Assembly: GCA_013239625.1 (NCBI GenBank)
Contig: MU053557.1
Location: 5,219,842-5,283,841 of the forward strand
Length of the DNA: 64,000 nt
Direction: 5' to 3'
From: Lama guanicoe
Lineage: Eukaryota
Shown here: piece by piece, positions 15,038 to 25,993 of the stretch
Layout of the letters: each line of letters starts with the position of its first letter
How positions within the stretch are numbered: position 1 is the first letter of the stretch
The notes under the pieces: model-generated
Databases searched by the model: none
Told to the model about the DNA's origin: nothing
The model's input: only the letters and a program-made list of their open reading frames with translations
Program-made: the position numbers and the translations under genes

Positions 15038-16957
15038 ACTCTTCCTTTTGGCATGTCATTTTATCTCCGTGGGCCTCAATTTGCTCATCTATAGATGGGG
15101 ACAGTAGTAAGAATATGTGCTTCATGGAACAAATGAGGATATAGAGGTGAAATTTCTTGATCGATCTTAAGGTACTTCTTGTGTGTGATTTTCCATCTGT
15201 CTGCACCTTACTTTCACCATTTATAAAATGGCATAACTAGACTAGGTAATTTCTACACTCTTTTCCCACTGATTCATTAAAGATTTATCAAATATTTTAC
15301 TATGTACCAGAACCTGAGCTAGAAGCTGGAGAACCCAAGGCAAATGAGGCACAGGTGTTGTCCTCAGGCCGCTTCCCATCTGGAAGGTAGACAGGCAGTT
15401 ACAGTGCAGGTGGGAAGTTCTCTAAGGTACTGTGAGAGCCTGAGGATGGAGGGAAGTCAAGGAAGGCTTCCTGGAGTTGGAGAGTCTTCCAGCTCACAAT
15501 TTCCAAGAAGGTGGTGAGATGATAATTATTATTTGGGTAACACTGAACTCAGTACCTGGTAGGAGAGTGGCTCCAGAAGAATGTAGAATATGGTCCAAAG
15601 AACACAGGGCTGTCACCAGGAAACTTGAGTCTCAAGGCCTGCCTTCCCTACCACTCTCTACCTAATCTTTGGGGAGCTGGGGAATCCCTTCCCTCTGAAA
15701 CTGCAATTCATCATATGGCTTGGGTAAAGACCAAGTTCTCTTGTGATTCTAATCACATTACCAACGCCCAGCAACAATTTGGGCTTGGCCCATTCATGTG
15801 GTCACAATCACAACACAAGATGCACAGTTTTAACCTTGGAAGTTTGTTTGATCTAAGGTCTTTCATAATGTTCTTTAAGGAGTAATGGAAAAAAAATCGT
15901 TAATTTGGCTGAGTCATTCTTATTTCCTTCTCAGTTATCTCCAGATTGCTCATGATTTGCTTTTTGTACACCTCACATGCTAAATTCAGCAAATATTGAC
16001 AGGGCACCTTAGTGGAAGATGTCAAGAAAGATAAGACCCAACCCTTGACCAAAGAAAACTGATATTTTGCCAAGAGGAATTGACCTAAAAGACAAGGAAG
16101 GATCATAAAAGATGAGGTAAGGGAAATATATTAAGAGAGGCAAACTCCTTGCCATGGCTTTCCAGGCAGTGTGTGATCTGGCCTCTGTCTACCTCTCTAG
16201 GATTTCCTCCTGCCACTGTCCTGCCCAGTCTCACTGGTGTGCTCTAGTTCCTTCCAACAAGCCGCCCTCTCTTTCCTGCTGTCCTCTCTCCTTTCTTTAC
16301 TGCTCAAAGTCTCAGGGACACGTTCCTTGAGTCCTCCCAGATTAATCTCTCCCCTGAGAGATTCCTTCTTCTGTCCCTCTTGCTCTTTTCCTGACCAGCA
16401 CTCCATGTGCCTCTCTCCCCGTATGATCATGAGCTCCCTGAAGACAAAGACCACGCCTATCTGGTCCTACACTGGAGCCAGTGTTAGCACTGTGCCAATG
16501 CCTGACCCAGAGCGTACCCTCCACAAACAACTTTTAAAAAGCCAAACAAACAATATCAAATGGAATACTAAACAATATTCCATGGTAATCCTAAGGAGAT
16601 AGAAATGATATTCAGCCAGGGGAAACAGAATAAAACTTCATAGAAGCTTCATAGCTTTTCAGGTTGTCATCGAAGGGCAGAGAGATTTCAGCAAGAGATG
16701 GTGGTTAGGGAGAGAACAGCATAAGCAAAGGTCCTGAGGTCAGAAAGCAAAGAGTGTAAACCTTAAAATCAAATGGGACCTTGGAATTTACCAAAGCAAC
16801 TCCTTTGCCACTTCCATGGGCACATGGCTTTTTTCCCACTTACATTTTCATTTTGTTGAGACTGCTTCCCAATAAAGTAGGTGGATTCTAATGTATTCTA
16901 ATCCTCTTTGGGGGAAAAATATCATGTGACTGAGAAACCATATAAAAAGTAACTTAC

Positions 16958-17005
16958 CTGAAATGCAAAAAAGTCCTCTGCAGGTGCATTCATGATGTTG
17001 CAAAT
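16958..17005 (-). CDS. PDE6A: PDE6A exon 8 (48 nt)
   Basis: Manual translation: tttcag|ICNIMNAPAEDFFAFQ|gtaagt. Confidence 0.95.
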
Positions 17006-17569
17006 CTGAAAGCCGTGAAGAGGAATAATGGAATTATGATTAGACTTGATAGATCGAGTACCCATTGAGGGCACTGGGTGTGCTGTTTTCATAGATATCA
17101 CGTCCTTCCTTGCTCAAAGTATTCACATTCTTTTCATCAGGTAGACATGCTCAAAATGGTTTTGAATTATTAATTGAGACTACTGAACAGGAAAGCTACC
17201 TTATAAACATGACCTTTTACTATTTGCCTCACTTCTGAGTCATTTCCATGCTTTGAAAAACTTAAGGCTACAATTTGTCATTATTAGTAGCTATATAGTA
17301 TCCTGTTTTCTCGGCCCCCTTTTATTGAGTATCTGGGTATCTCCAGTTTTTTCAAATTAATATAAATAATGCTACTCTGAGCATCTTCAAATCAATTACA
17401 TTAGTTTGTTTTGTTAGGAAGGAGTTTTTCCTTGTGGTATAAACTTCAAAGTAGAAATAAAAGGTGCTGTAGCTTTGGTTGTATATTGCATGATTCCTCT
17501 CCTGAAAACTGGACTAGTTTACCCTACCCTGCGGATGGCACTTATCTGATCCCTCCAGAGCCTTGCCCA

Positions 17570-17761
17570 TGGGGCTGCTGCATACAGTTGTGTAGTACGT
17601 GGACTGCACAAAGGCATCTGACTAAGGGGATGAGTGGGAGTTGAAATCCAGCCTGTTCTTGACTTCTAGAACAATGGCCCTAGCCTTTTCTTTCATCCAT
17701 CAAGAAGGGGCGCTTTCTTCTAGTTCTCAGATAGGTGCCATATGAGCTTGCGGTGACCCTG
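17570..17761 (+). mobile_element. MER91A-like hAT MITE
   Basis: gggctgc..tacagttgtg..ctgcacaaaggc..tgaaatccagcc..gcggtgaccctg. Confidence 0.65.
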
Positions 17762-17795
17762 CCTATCCCAGTAGACCTGACTATCCTGTGGCCTT

Positions 17796-17852
17796 AGAGT
17801 AAGCTGTCCCTGCTCCTGTTCAAGAGTGAGCTGTCCCTGCTCCTGTTCAAGA
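17796..17852. repeat. 27-bp tandem duplication
   Basis: agagt(a/g)agctgtccctgctcctgttca x2, one mismatch. Confidence 0.9.
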
Positions 17853-18019
17853 CTGCCCACCCACTGTACCATCCCTCTGGCCTTTCCTTGGCCAATTCCA
17901 TCAATTGCTACTGTTCTCTCCTGATCTCTGACCTCCCTGAGGGCTTGCCCCCCCCAGCCCAAGGGCGTGCTTGATTCTCTCCCAGGCTCAAAAATGAAAT
18001 CCTCCCTTGACTTAACATG

Positions 18020-19510
18020 GTCTTCATAGTAACCATCCAGGCTTTCTCCTTCATTACCTACCTTCTTATTACCCATCCACACCTCAGCAGACCACACGCC
18101 AGTTTCTGCCTCCACTTCACCGTGAAACCTGCCCTCATCAGGGCCGCTGATGACCTAACTGCCAAACCCAGTGGGGGTTTTCAGCTTTTATCTCATTGGG
18201 TCACTTTTGCTGCATTTGATATTCTCTCTCCTTGTTGAAACTTTCTACTTCCTTGGCATCCATGATACTACCCTCTCCTGGGTCTCCAGACACCTCTGAA
18301 CCCTTCTTCCGTTTCTCCTTCACATACTCTTCTTTATCTACCCAATCTTTAAATGCTGACAGTATTCCAATATTCTACCCTGAGTCTCTCTCACTCTTCC
18401 TGGTGACTTCATCCACACTCATGGTTTCAAGTGCCACTGCCGCTAGGCACAAAGTGGTCAAGGACCAGATAGGACAGTGTCTGTGTGGCAGTCAGTACAA
18501 ATCTCCATCTCCAAACCTCTCTTTCCACAGCATCAGAGTCATCTCTTCAGCTACTTGCTGGACATTTGCTCCTGAGAAACTCTGTCTCGCCTTGTCTGAA
18601 ACTGACCTCAGCATCTTACCCCCAAACCTGGTGGCAGCACTGTCCATCCAGTCTGGGAGCCTGAAACTGGCTTGGGCTGCTCTCCCTCACCCTCTCTGCT
18701 CGCAGTCAATCACAAAGCCCTCTCGGGATTAGCTCTGAGCCCTGGCCTCTCTCTCTCCAGCTCATCTCCATCAGAATCCTGTGAGTGTTAAATGAGCAAA
18801 TGTATCTGCTGCCTGGCTCACCGTGAGCACTCCGCGCCTGTTAGCAATGAAGACAGTATTCTTTGCTGCCTCTGCCTTTGTTGAGATGCTCTCGTTTGTA
18901 ACGACGCGCTTTTCTCTCTGCTTCTAGTCTTAGTCCCTTCAGACCTATTTTCCAGAGAGCTTTCAGAGTTATCTTTCTAAAATGAAGATTCACTGTGCCA
19001 ATTTCCTGCTTAAAAGCTCAACACCTATAGATTTTAAAGTCCCTCCCCCTTGACCTAGCACCCAAAGCTACTGTGATCTGGCCCCTCCCTCCCTCTCAAG
19101 CCTCATCTCTTGCCACCTTCCTGGCTCAAACCTAATATTCTAGCAACACTGAACTGCACACACCATGTTGCTTCAAACCTCCAAGCCCGTGCTGTTTGCC
19201 TGTGTGGTTCTCTCCACCTGGAATCCTGCCCCTACCTGCCTAACCCCTGTTTATCTTGAAAGTCAACTCACACTAACGCACTCTAGAAAGTCAAGGCCGG
19301 TTTAGATGTCCCATTACTTTGTGTTCCTAGAATATACCAGGTGTATCTCTAGTACGGCATTATCACATTGTAGCATTACTATCTGTTTATAAAGACAACT
19401 CCCCATTTAATTGTAAGCGTCAGAACAGAAACTGTCTGATTCATCTATCTTTGCATCCCCAAAGCCAACCACAGCTCCTGGCACATAGAAAATGCTCAGT
19501 AAATAAACTT
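18020..19510 (+). mobile_element. L2 fragments
   Basis: Pyrimidine-rich L2-like text ending cctggcacatagaaaatgctcagtaaata. Confidence 0.6.
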
Positions 19511-19879
19511 CTTGCTATGTGAGCATCATTACGTAGTGTGTGCCGGCCACAGAGGTGCGCAGGTTCACATATGGGGGTGACAGACATGACCCTTCTCTCT
19601 GGGGCAGGGGATGCTGTCACTCTACCCTTGACCCTGAGTGGGCAGGGCATGGTCGGAGATAGAGCACTTGAGTTCTGCTATGTGGCTGGAAATGTGGTAG
19701 GGATGGGCGGCTGGAAGTGGCAACTGGGTCTCTGGGATGAGAGGCTGGGACTTTGTCCTTGAGATTTTTGTAAGTATCTTTCTGTCTGAGGATTCTTTCT
19801 CTTTGTATTTTGTATTTCCTCAGTGTCAGTTCTCTGTGCATCCCCTTGGACCAACCATCAAGGGCACTGTATTACTTAC

Positions 19880-19946
19880 CAGGCCATTTTGGGCAACATA
19901 AGTGGGGAGACCGCTCACCAAAGCCCAGTGGTCAGGAGGTGGATTC
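19880..19946 (-). CDS. PDE6A: PDE6A exon 7 (67 nt)
   Basis: Manual translation: ttgcag|(P)[22 protein letters not shown]|gtaagt; phase complements exon 6. Confidence 0.96.
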
Positions 19947-20399
19947 CTGCAAAGGCCAAAGTTCAGTGGTAACTTTTGATATATGGACAGCTGGACTAAA
20001 AACTTGAACCTGGGTCTTACCCTATCTCTCCTTTCTGGTGGCTCTGATCATCCACTTACTCTACCTGACCAAACCCCAAATCTTGACTAAGGCATCTTAA
20101 TGTCCAAATTTAGACACTGAGAAAAAAATGATAAATCAGTTTTATTGATTTCACACCAAGTCTGGCTGTCTTAAAAAAGAGACAAAATTCATCCAACAGA
20201 TTGTTACTGGCTGCTGAATAAAAATAGATACCATCGTTTTCCTCCATTGAACTTACATAGAGAGAGTTAGCTTAATACCATGTGTAAGGGGGGAAACCCG
20301 TCTACGGTGCGCTCCTACCACACGCCAAGCTCTAAGTTAAGTGCTTTACATACTTATTGATCCCTCACATCAGTATCACAATTTTGGGCATTATTATTT

Positions 20400-23300
20400 G
20401 TCACGTGTTCATTGTGAAAAAAGTGTACACATGGCAAAACGCATTAAAAACGTCATCAATCGTTTGAAAGTGAACACCTATGAAATCACCTCACGTGGAG
20501 AACAACCTTGTTGGCACCTTGAGGTCTCTGACCTGCCCCTCCCGCTCACGACCTTCCCCGGAACCCCAAAAGTAACCACTGTTCTGACATTATGACAATG
20601 CCATTCTTGCTTTTCTGTGGAGTTTTATCCCCTGGTTTCCTATACCCTGTTTCTGCTGTTTTTCAACTGCATTTAGGGTGGAATCATTCATTGTACACAT
20701 ATTATTATCATTTGACTTCTATTTCATGTTGCTGTAATTCATTCAGTTTATTAACTTACAGTTTTCCCTTGTAAGACTGCACATAAATTGTTCATTCAGC
20801 TGTGGATGGACATCCGCCTCAGTCTGGGGCTAATATAAGCATTGCTGCTTCTAAAAGTCTGGCGTACATGTGCTCTCAGTTCAGTACGGTATTTCTCGGA
20901 GTAGAAATACTGAGTCGTAAGATATGCCTATCTTCAACTAGATAAGGCCAAACTGTTTTCTCAGGTGGTCGTGCCAATTTACACTCCATCAGTGGTATAT
21001 TAGGGTTTCCTCTGCTCCACATCTCTGTCAATAGTTAGTATTTTCAGACATTAAAAAAATTATTTTTAGAAGATTAAGAAAGTTCTCTATGGAGATAATT
21101 CTGTTATGTTTCTGTTAATATGGTAGATTGTGTTGATTGACTTTTCTAATGTTAACCCTGCATTCCTGGAATAAACCCAATTGGGTCTTGATGTATAATC
21201 TTTTTTAGTCATTATTTGCTAAAATTTTGTTTAGAATATTTGCATCTATGTTGCAGCTTGGTCTGAATTTTCCTTTGTTCATACACAGCCCTTACTGGGT
21301 TTTGTTATCAAGTTTATACTAGACACTTTTTCTATTCTCTTGGATAATTTGTTTGAGAATCGCATTATTTCTTCCTCAAATATTTAGTAGAACTCACCCC
21401 CGAAGGCATCTGGATCTGGAGCATCTTTTTGGGAAGGTTTAGATTTATATTATTGTTATAAGACTACTGTGGTTTTCTGTTTCTTTTTGATTTATATTTG
21501 GTAGGTTTTATTTTTGTAGGAATTTGCCTGTTTCACCCAGATTTAAAATATCTTGGCATAATATCCTCTTACTCTCTTGTTAATGTCTGTGTCATTGTAG
21601 TTATGCCCCTTTTCATTCCTGAAATAGCTGATTTGATTTTTCTATTTTTCTTATTCGGTCTTGCCAGAAATTCATCAATTTGATAGTCTGTTCAAGGAAC
21701 CAACTTTTGGCATTTGTTCATTTTTTTTTTTTAGTATTTCATTAATTTCTGTGCTTATCTTTATTATTTTTAAGGTTTATTTATCTGCTTGTTTGTTGTT
21801 AGTTTTTGGGACAACATAGTGGATAGCTTCTGTCTGCTCCTCCAGATCCTCTCTCCAACTTGCTCTTCCCTGTCCCAGGGAGCCATTCTATGTGGACTCC
21901 ATCAACAGGGCGCCTGTCCTTCTGGTTGAGTTTAGCCCGATGTGGAGACCTGGCCAAAGCCAGAGGAAGATAGAACAGTGAGGTCAGGTTATTTATTTTC
22001 CGGGCTTCCCCCTGGCACGGTTGCTCTGGGCTCGCTGTGTCTCTTGACCTAAGGGCAGTGCTTGTCTCAAGGTGCCCTGCTCTACATGACTCTTCCTCCT
22101 TCCAAGTTCTACAAATTCCCTTTGGGCCCAGGAGTGCTTGCAACAATATCACTACTAGCATAGACTCTTGTGGACTGCTTCGTCCACACCTCTGTAATTC
22201 ATCGCTTTGTGAATAAACCCGCCTTGAATTATCCTAATTTGAGTGTGACACCTATTATTAGTTAAGACCCTTGACTGATACAGGTGGGTACATAGTTTTG
22301 TTACTTTTTTACCTTTTATTCTTTTCTAATATGAATATTTAAGACTGTAAATTTCACCTTAAGCATGATTTCACTGTATCACATTGGTTTGGCTCTGATA
22401 CGTAATATTTTCAGTTCAGAATATATCATAATTTCCACTGATTTCTTCTTTTACCCATAGGCTACTTGGAAATGTATTCCTTTTTTTTCAGAAGAATAGT
22501 TTCCAGTTTCCAAGCATATGAAGATTTTTATAATTAGCTTCTGGTTATTAGCATCTAGCATATTTTCAGTGTGACCAGAGGACATCTCGGTGTGATTTCA
22601 ACTGTGTGAAACGTGTCGTGGTTTGCTTTATGGCCCATTATATCACCAATTATTGTAAACGCACATGTGCACTTGGGAAGACTGAGCGTTCTAGAGTTTG
22701 GGGAATGAGGCACTGTATATTTGTTAGATAGTTTGTTAATTGTCTTCTTCAGTATTTCTCTATTCACAGTTTGTTATAGTCAGCTCTGTCGATTAACAAA
22801 CATGAAGTTGTCTATATATTTTTATATTTGTCGGGTTTTGCTTTTTTTTTTTTTTTTTGGGATGAGGGCACATTGTTACGCATAGGCACATTTAGAATTG
22901 TAATTTCTTCCTGGGATATCAAGTTGAACTGACCCCTTTATCATTAAGAAGTGACTGTATTTATCTTACTAATGCACTTTGACAGGTATTTTTGAATGAT
23001 AGTGGTTATATTAGTTTTCCCTTGGTTAGCATTTGCGTAGTATATCTTCGTTTTAAATTTTACTTTCAGTCTCTCGGTATTCTTATCGTTTTGATAGGTC
23101 TCTTGTAAACAGGATATAGGGTACTTCATTGTACATAGCTGGGAACTTATCAGTTCTTGGAAGAACTATTTCTTATGTGCAACGGAGTAAGATAATATGC
23201 TCCCAATTAATCTGTAAGTCAGTGCCCTTTGAACTTACAATTAGTACTTTATTAATAGCAACAGAGCTCTTTTAGTATTTAGATAAAGGGTTTTTAAAAT

Positions 23301-23400
23301 CATATTTCATACCTTTTTCCTGTCTTTTTGTGCCAGAGTAACTTTTACTGCTTCATAGTATAATCTCTTTAAATTACTTACATGAATTTATATTAGATTC
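20400..23400 (-). mobile_element. Old L1 fragments interrupted by an LTR
   Basis: Reverse-L1 phrases (ctgcattcctggaataaaccc; caaggaaccaacttttggc; tttatggccca) on both sides of the LTR33-like insert. Confidence 0.7.
21815..22282 (+). mobile_element. LTR33-like (ERVL) solo LTR
   Basis: ctcctccagatcctctctcca...catcaacagg...gtgaggtcaggttatttatt...AATAAA...gactgataca. Confidence 0.7.
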
Positions 23401-24210
23401 AATGTGGCTACAACCACCTTTTAGAAGGCAGCAAGGTGCTTGTTATCAGAGGCTGGAAGGATGTGATGCTTGGTGAGAAGTGGTGAAACTTGGGGGAAAA
23501 CTGTGACCTGTGATAACTTAGAACACGGATAATGAGTTTGATAAACTGGTGCCTCTAGAGAAGTGGTTAGAAAACAGAATGGGTGCAGAGTATGCACTTC
23601 ACAAGTTTAAAAAAAAGAGAGAGAGAGAGAGAGAACGAGATGAGCGTAGGAAAGACTCAGTCTTCGTGCAAACAGGAATGAACAGAGAGCACCCAGAAAC
23701 TCAGGAACTTGAAGCACCTTCCCATCCCCAACCAATACAAGATAAACCAGCTTGTGAACTGGGTTATGTAAGTGACAGGATTGTCACAATTGTCTGGCAA
23801 TAGTTGTGGCCTCTCACACCCACTGTTTAAGGATTAAGATGACATGCAGTAAAAGCCCTTCATTTGGACCAAATAGCTCCAGGAAAAGACACTAAAGGTG
23901 TGACTCTCTCACAGAGACTGAGGCCTCAAGGAGTCTGCCGTTCCCTTGGGAAAGAGAGCCAAGCCTCCGACAGAACTGGGGGGTGGCTCCTGGCACCCAG
24001 AGAGGATTCACATTGATAACCAGCCGACTAAGTTTTGGGGAGTGCGCTACTGACCAAAACCATATAAGCCTATACTAAAAAGCTTCTTGACTATTAGAAT
24101 CTTAAAATGGCCTTTGAGCCCCCACCACCTGCAGGTGGGTTGGAGGCCTTGCCTTCTGAGAGTTCTTGCCTTTCCGTTATCCTCTTGGGCACAGAAGGAG
24201 ACCTTAGAGA

Positions 24211-24400
24211 GCCTATCTCACTTTCCTAGAGGACCCCATGCTCTGAGGCCGCCGCCCTCACCCCTCGAGCTAGCCCACATTCTGCCTATGGAGTGTGCGT
24301 CTCCACGGCCTGTCGCTCGCTCTGGCCTTCTGAGAGGACTTACACTGTCTACGGAGTGCTTATCTCTCTGAATAAATCTACTTTCACTCAAAAAAAAAAA
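24211..24400 (+). mobile_element. Polyadenylated LTR-type (U3-R) retrocopy with target-site duplication
   Basis: AATAAA 24371-24376, A11 tail 24390-24400, flanking repeats agaccttagaga / agacattagaga. Confidence 0.65.
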
Positions 24401-24793
24401 GACATTAGAGAATAAGCTTTCTTTGGGTCTGAATCAAGTTTTTGGCCAACTTTCTGCTTTTGCTTCACCCTGTGCCTTGGGCTCTGTATGTGCCTGTATA
24501 GAGAACCATTGAAAAAACCTGATCAGATCCCATGGTCTCACTCCACAGAGAGACTCAGACAGGCCGCTTATTAACACTAGATCTGGGATTTAAATTCACA
24601 GTGACTGACTCAGAATCCAGCCTCATTTCCCCAGCCTGCGTGGTCTTTCCACCCTCCACACTGCTTTCCTTCTGCTCTCCCTGCCTCTGCACATGTGGCT
24701 TTGTTGGGTTTGGTTAGCATTGACCTTGGAATGAATATCTTATGGACATTGATCATCTGCCTGCAAGTCTATATGTTTTGAGAAGGAACTTAC

Positions 24794-24858
24794 GGGATGA
24801 CTTTAATGTCTTCTTTGCCATGGAGGATGTAGTCAATGACCTTGTAAAAGTTGATTTC
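24794..24858 (-). CDS. PDE6A: PDE6A exon 6 (65 nt)
   Basis: Manual translation: gcctag|EINFYKVIDYILHGKEDIKVI(P)|gtaagt. Confidence 0.96.
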
Positions 24859-25700
24859 CTAGGCAAAAGAGAAGAAACATGTACCTTCAGAGCAGAAGTG
24901 TATCCATGAGACAGGCTTTGTTCTTTTCCATGTACCCGTGGTTTTCCAAAAGCACCAGCCTGACAGCTGCCTCAGGAGCTCACTGTCCTCAGCTCACTCT
25001 CAGGATTCAGTGTGTTCCACCTTGGAACCGCTCACAGTGGCCAGGCAGGGGCTGGGATCTGGGGCTGGAAAGAGGGATAGGCAGTGTTCTGACGGGACCT
25101 GGGGATTGAGTACAAGGAGGAAGAGACACTGCTGCTGGAGTCTAGGGAGAGAGGGAGGTGGAAGGAGGCTCTGGTCCCATTTAGAATCATCATCAACCCA
25201 ACCATCCTCCACGTGGGTGAGTTCCATGGTTACGGTCCCCTTTCTCCTTCACACAGCTGCTCTCTCTGCTGTGTCAGCTTTTCCAGACCTGCCTTCCCAA
25301 TCATGCCTCATGCTTCCCAATTCACTTCCCACCTCCTCCATCCCTCCCACCTCCTTGCACCATTAAAACCCCCATTCTCTTAAAATAGATCTGTTCCCCT
25401 ACACGACTTCCTAACATGGGCTAGGATACTGGCAGGTGGCTCCTATTCCCTAGCTGTCCAGAGAAAAATCCATGACCTTATTGAAATGTCTGAACACCTA
25501 AGTGTGATGGTTAGCAATCATTTTACAAAGAGGAAAACTGAGACCTAGAGAGAGGAAAGGACTCATTTATCGTAAAACAATGAGCCAGGACCAGAGTGTA
25601 GGCCCTTGACTCCTGTGCTCGGAGCTCTTTCTGTTGTGGCACTTAAGGTTAATAAAATAGCCTAAATTAGTGTTTCACTTTGCATCACTCTCACCTAGAA

Positions 25701-25993
25701 CAGGGCTACTCAAAGTGTGGTCCCTGGTCTGGTACCCCTCTGCAATGTGTTACTATTCCATGACAAGACAAAAATAGACATTGACAGTCAGCATTAAGAA
25801 ACCTTTGTAACAATTTGAGTTAGCTTAGTTCTGTTGAAACTAATAATAATTTTTAAAAGGACTTAAATTTTGTGTTTCTAAAAATTTTTTTGCAATAATA
25901 GACTTTTATCACATTTTGAAAAGTAACAGTCTAAAATGAATTAGAAGTTTAAAAACAAATGATTCCTTTACTGCAGATGTTTTGAAAGAACTG
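25701..25993. mobile_element. hAT-Charlie-type non-autonomous element
   Basis: Termini cagggctactcaaa...tttgaaagaactg; degenerate 8-bp TSD acctagaa/ccctagag with the CTAG core preferred by Charlie elements. Confidence 0.65.
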
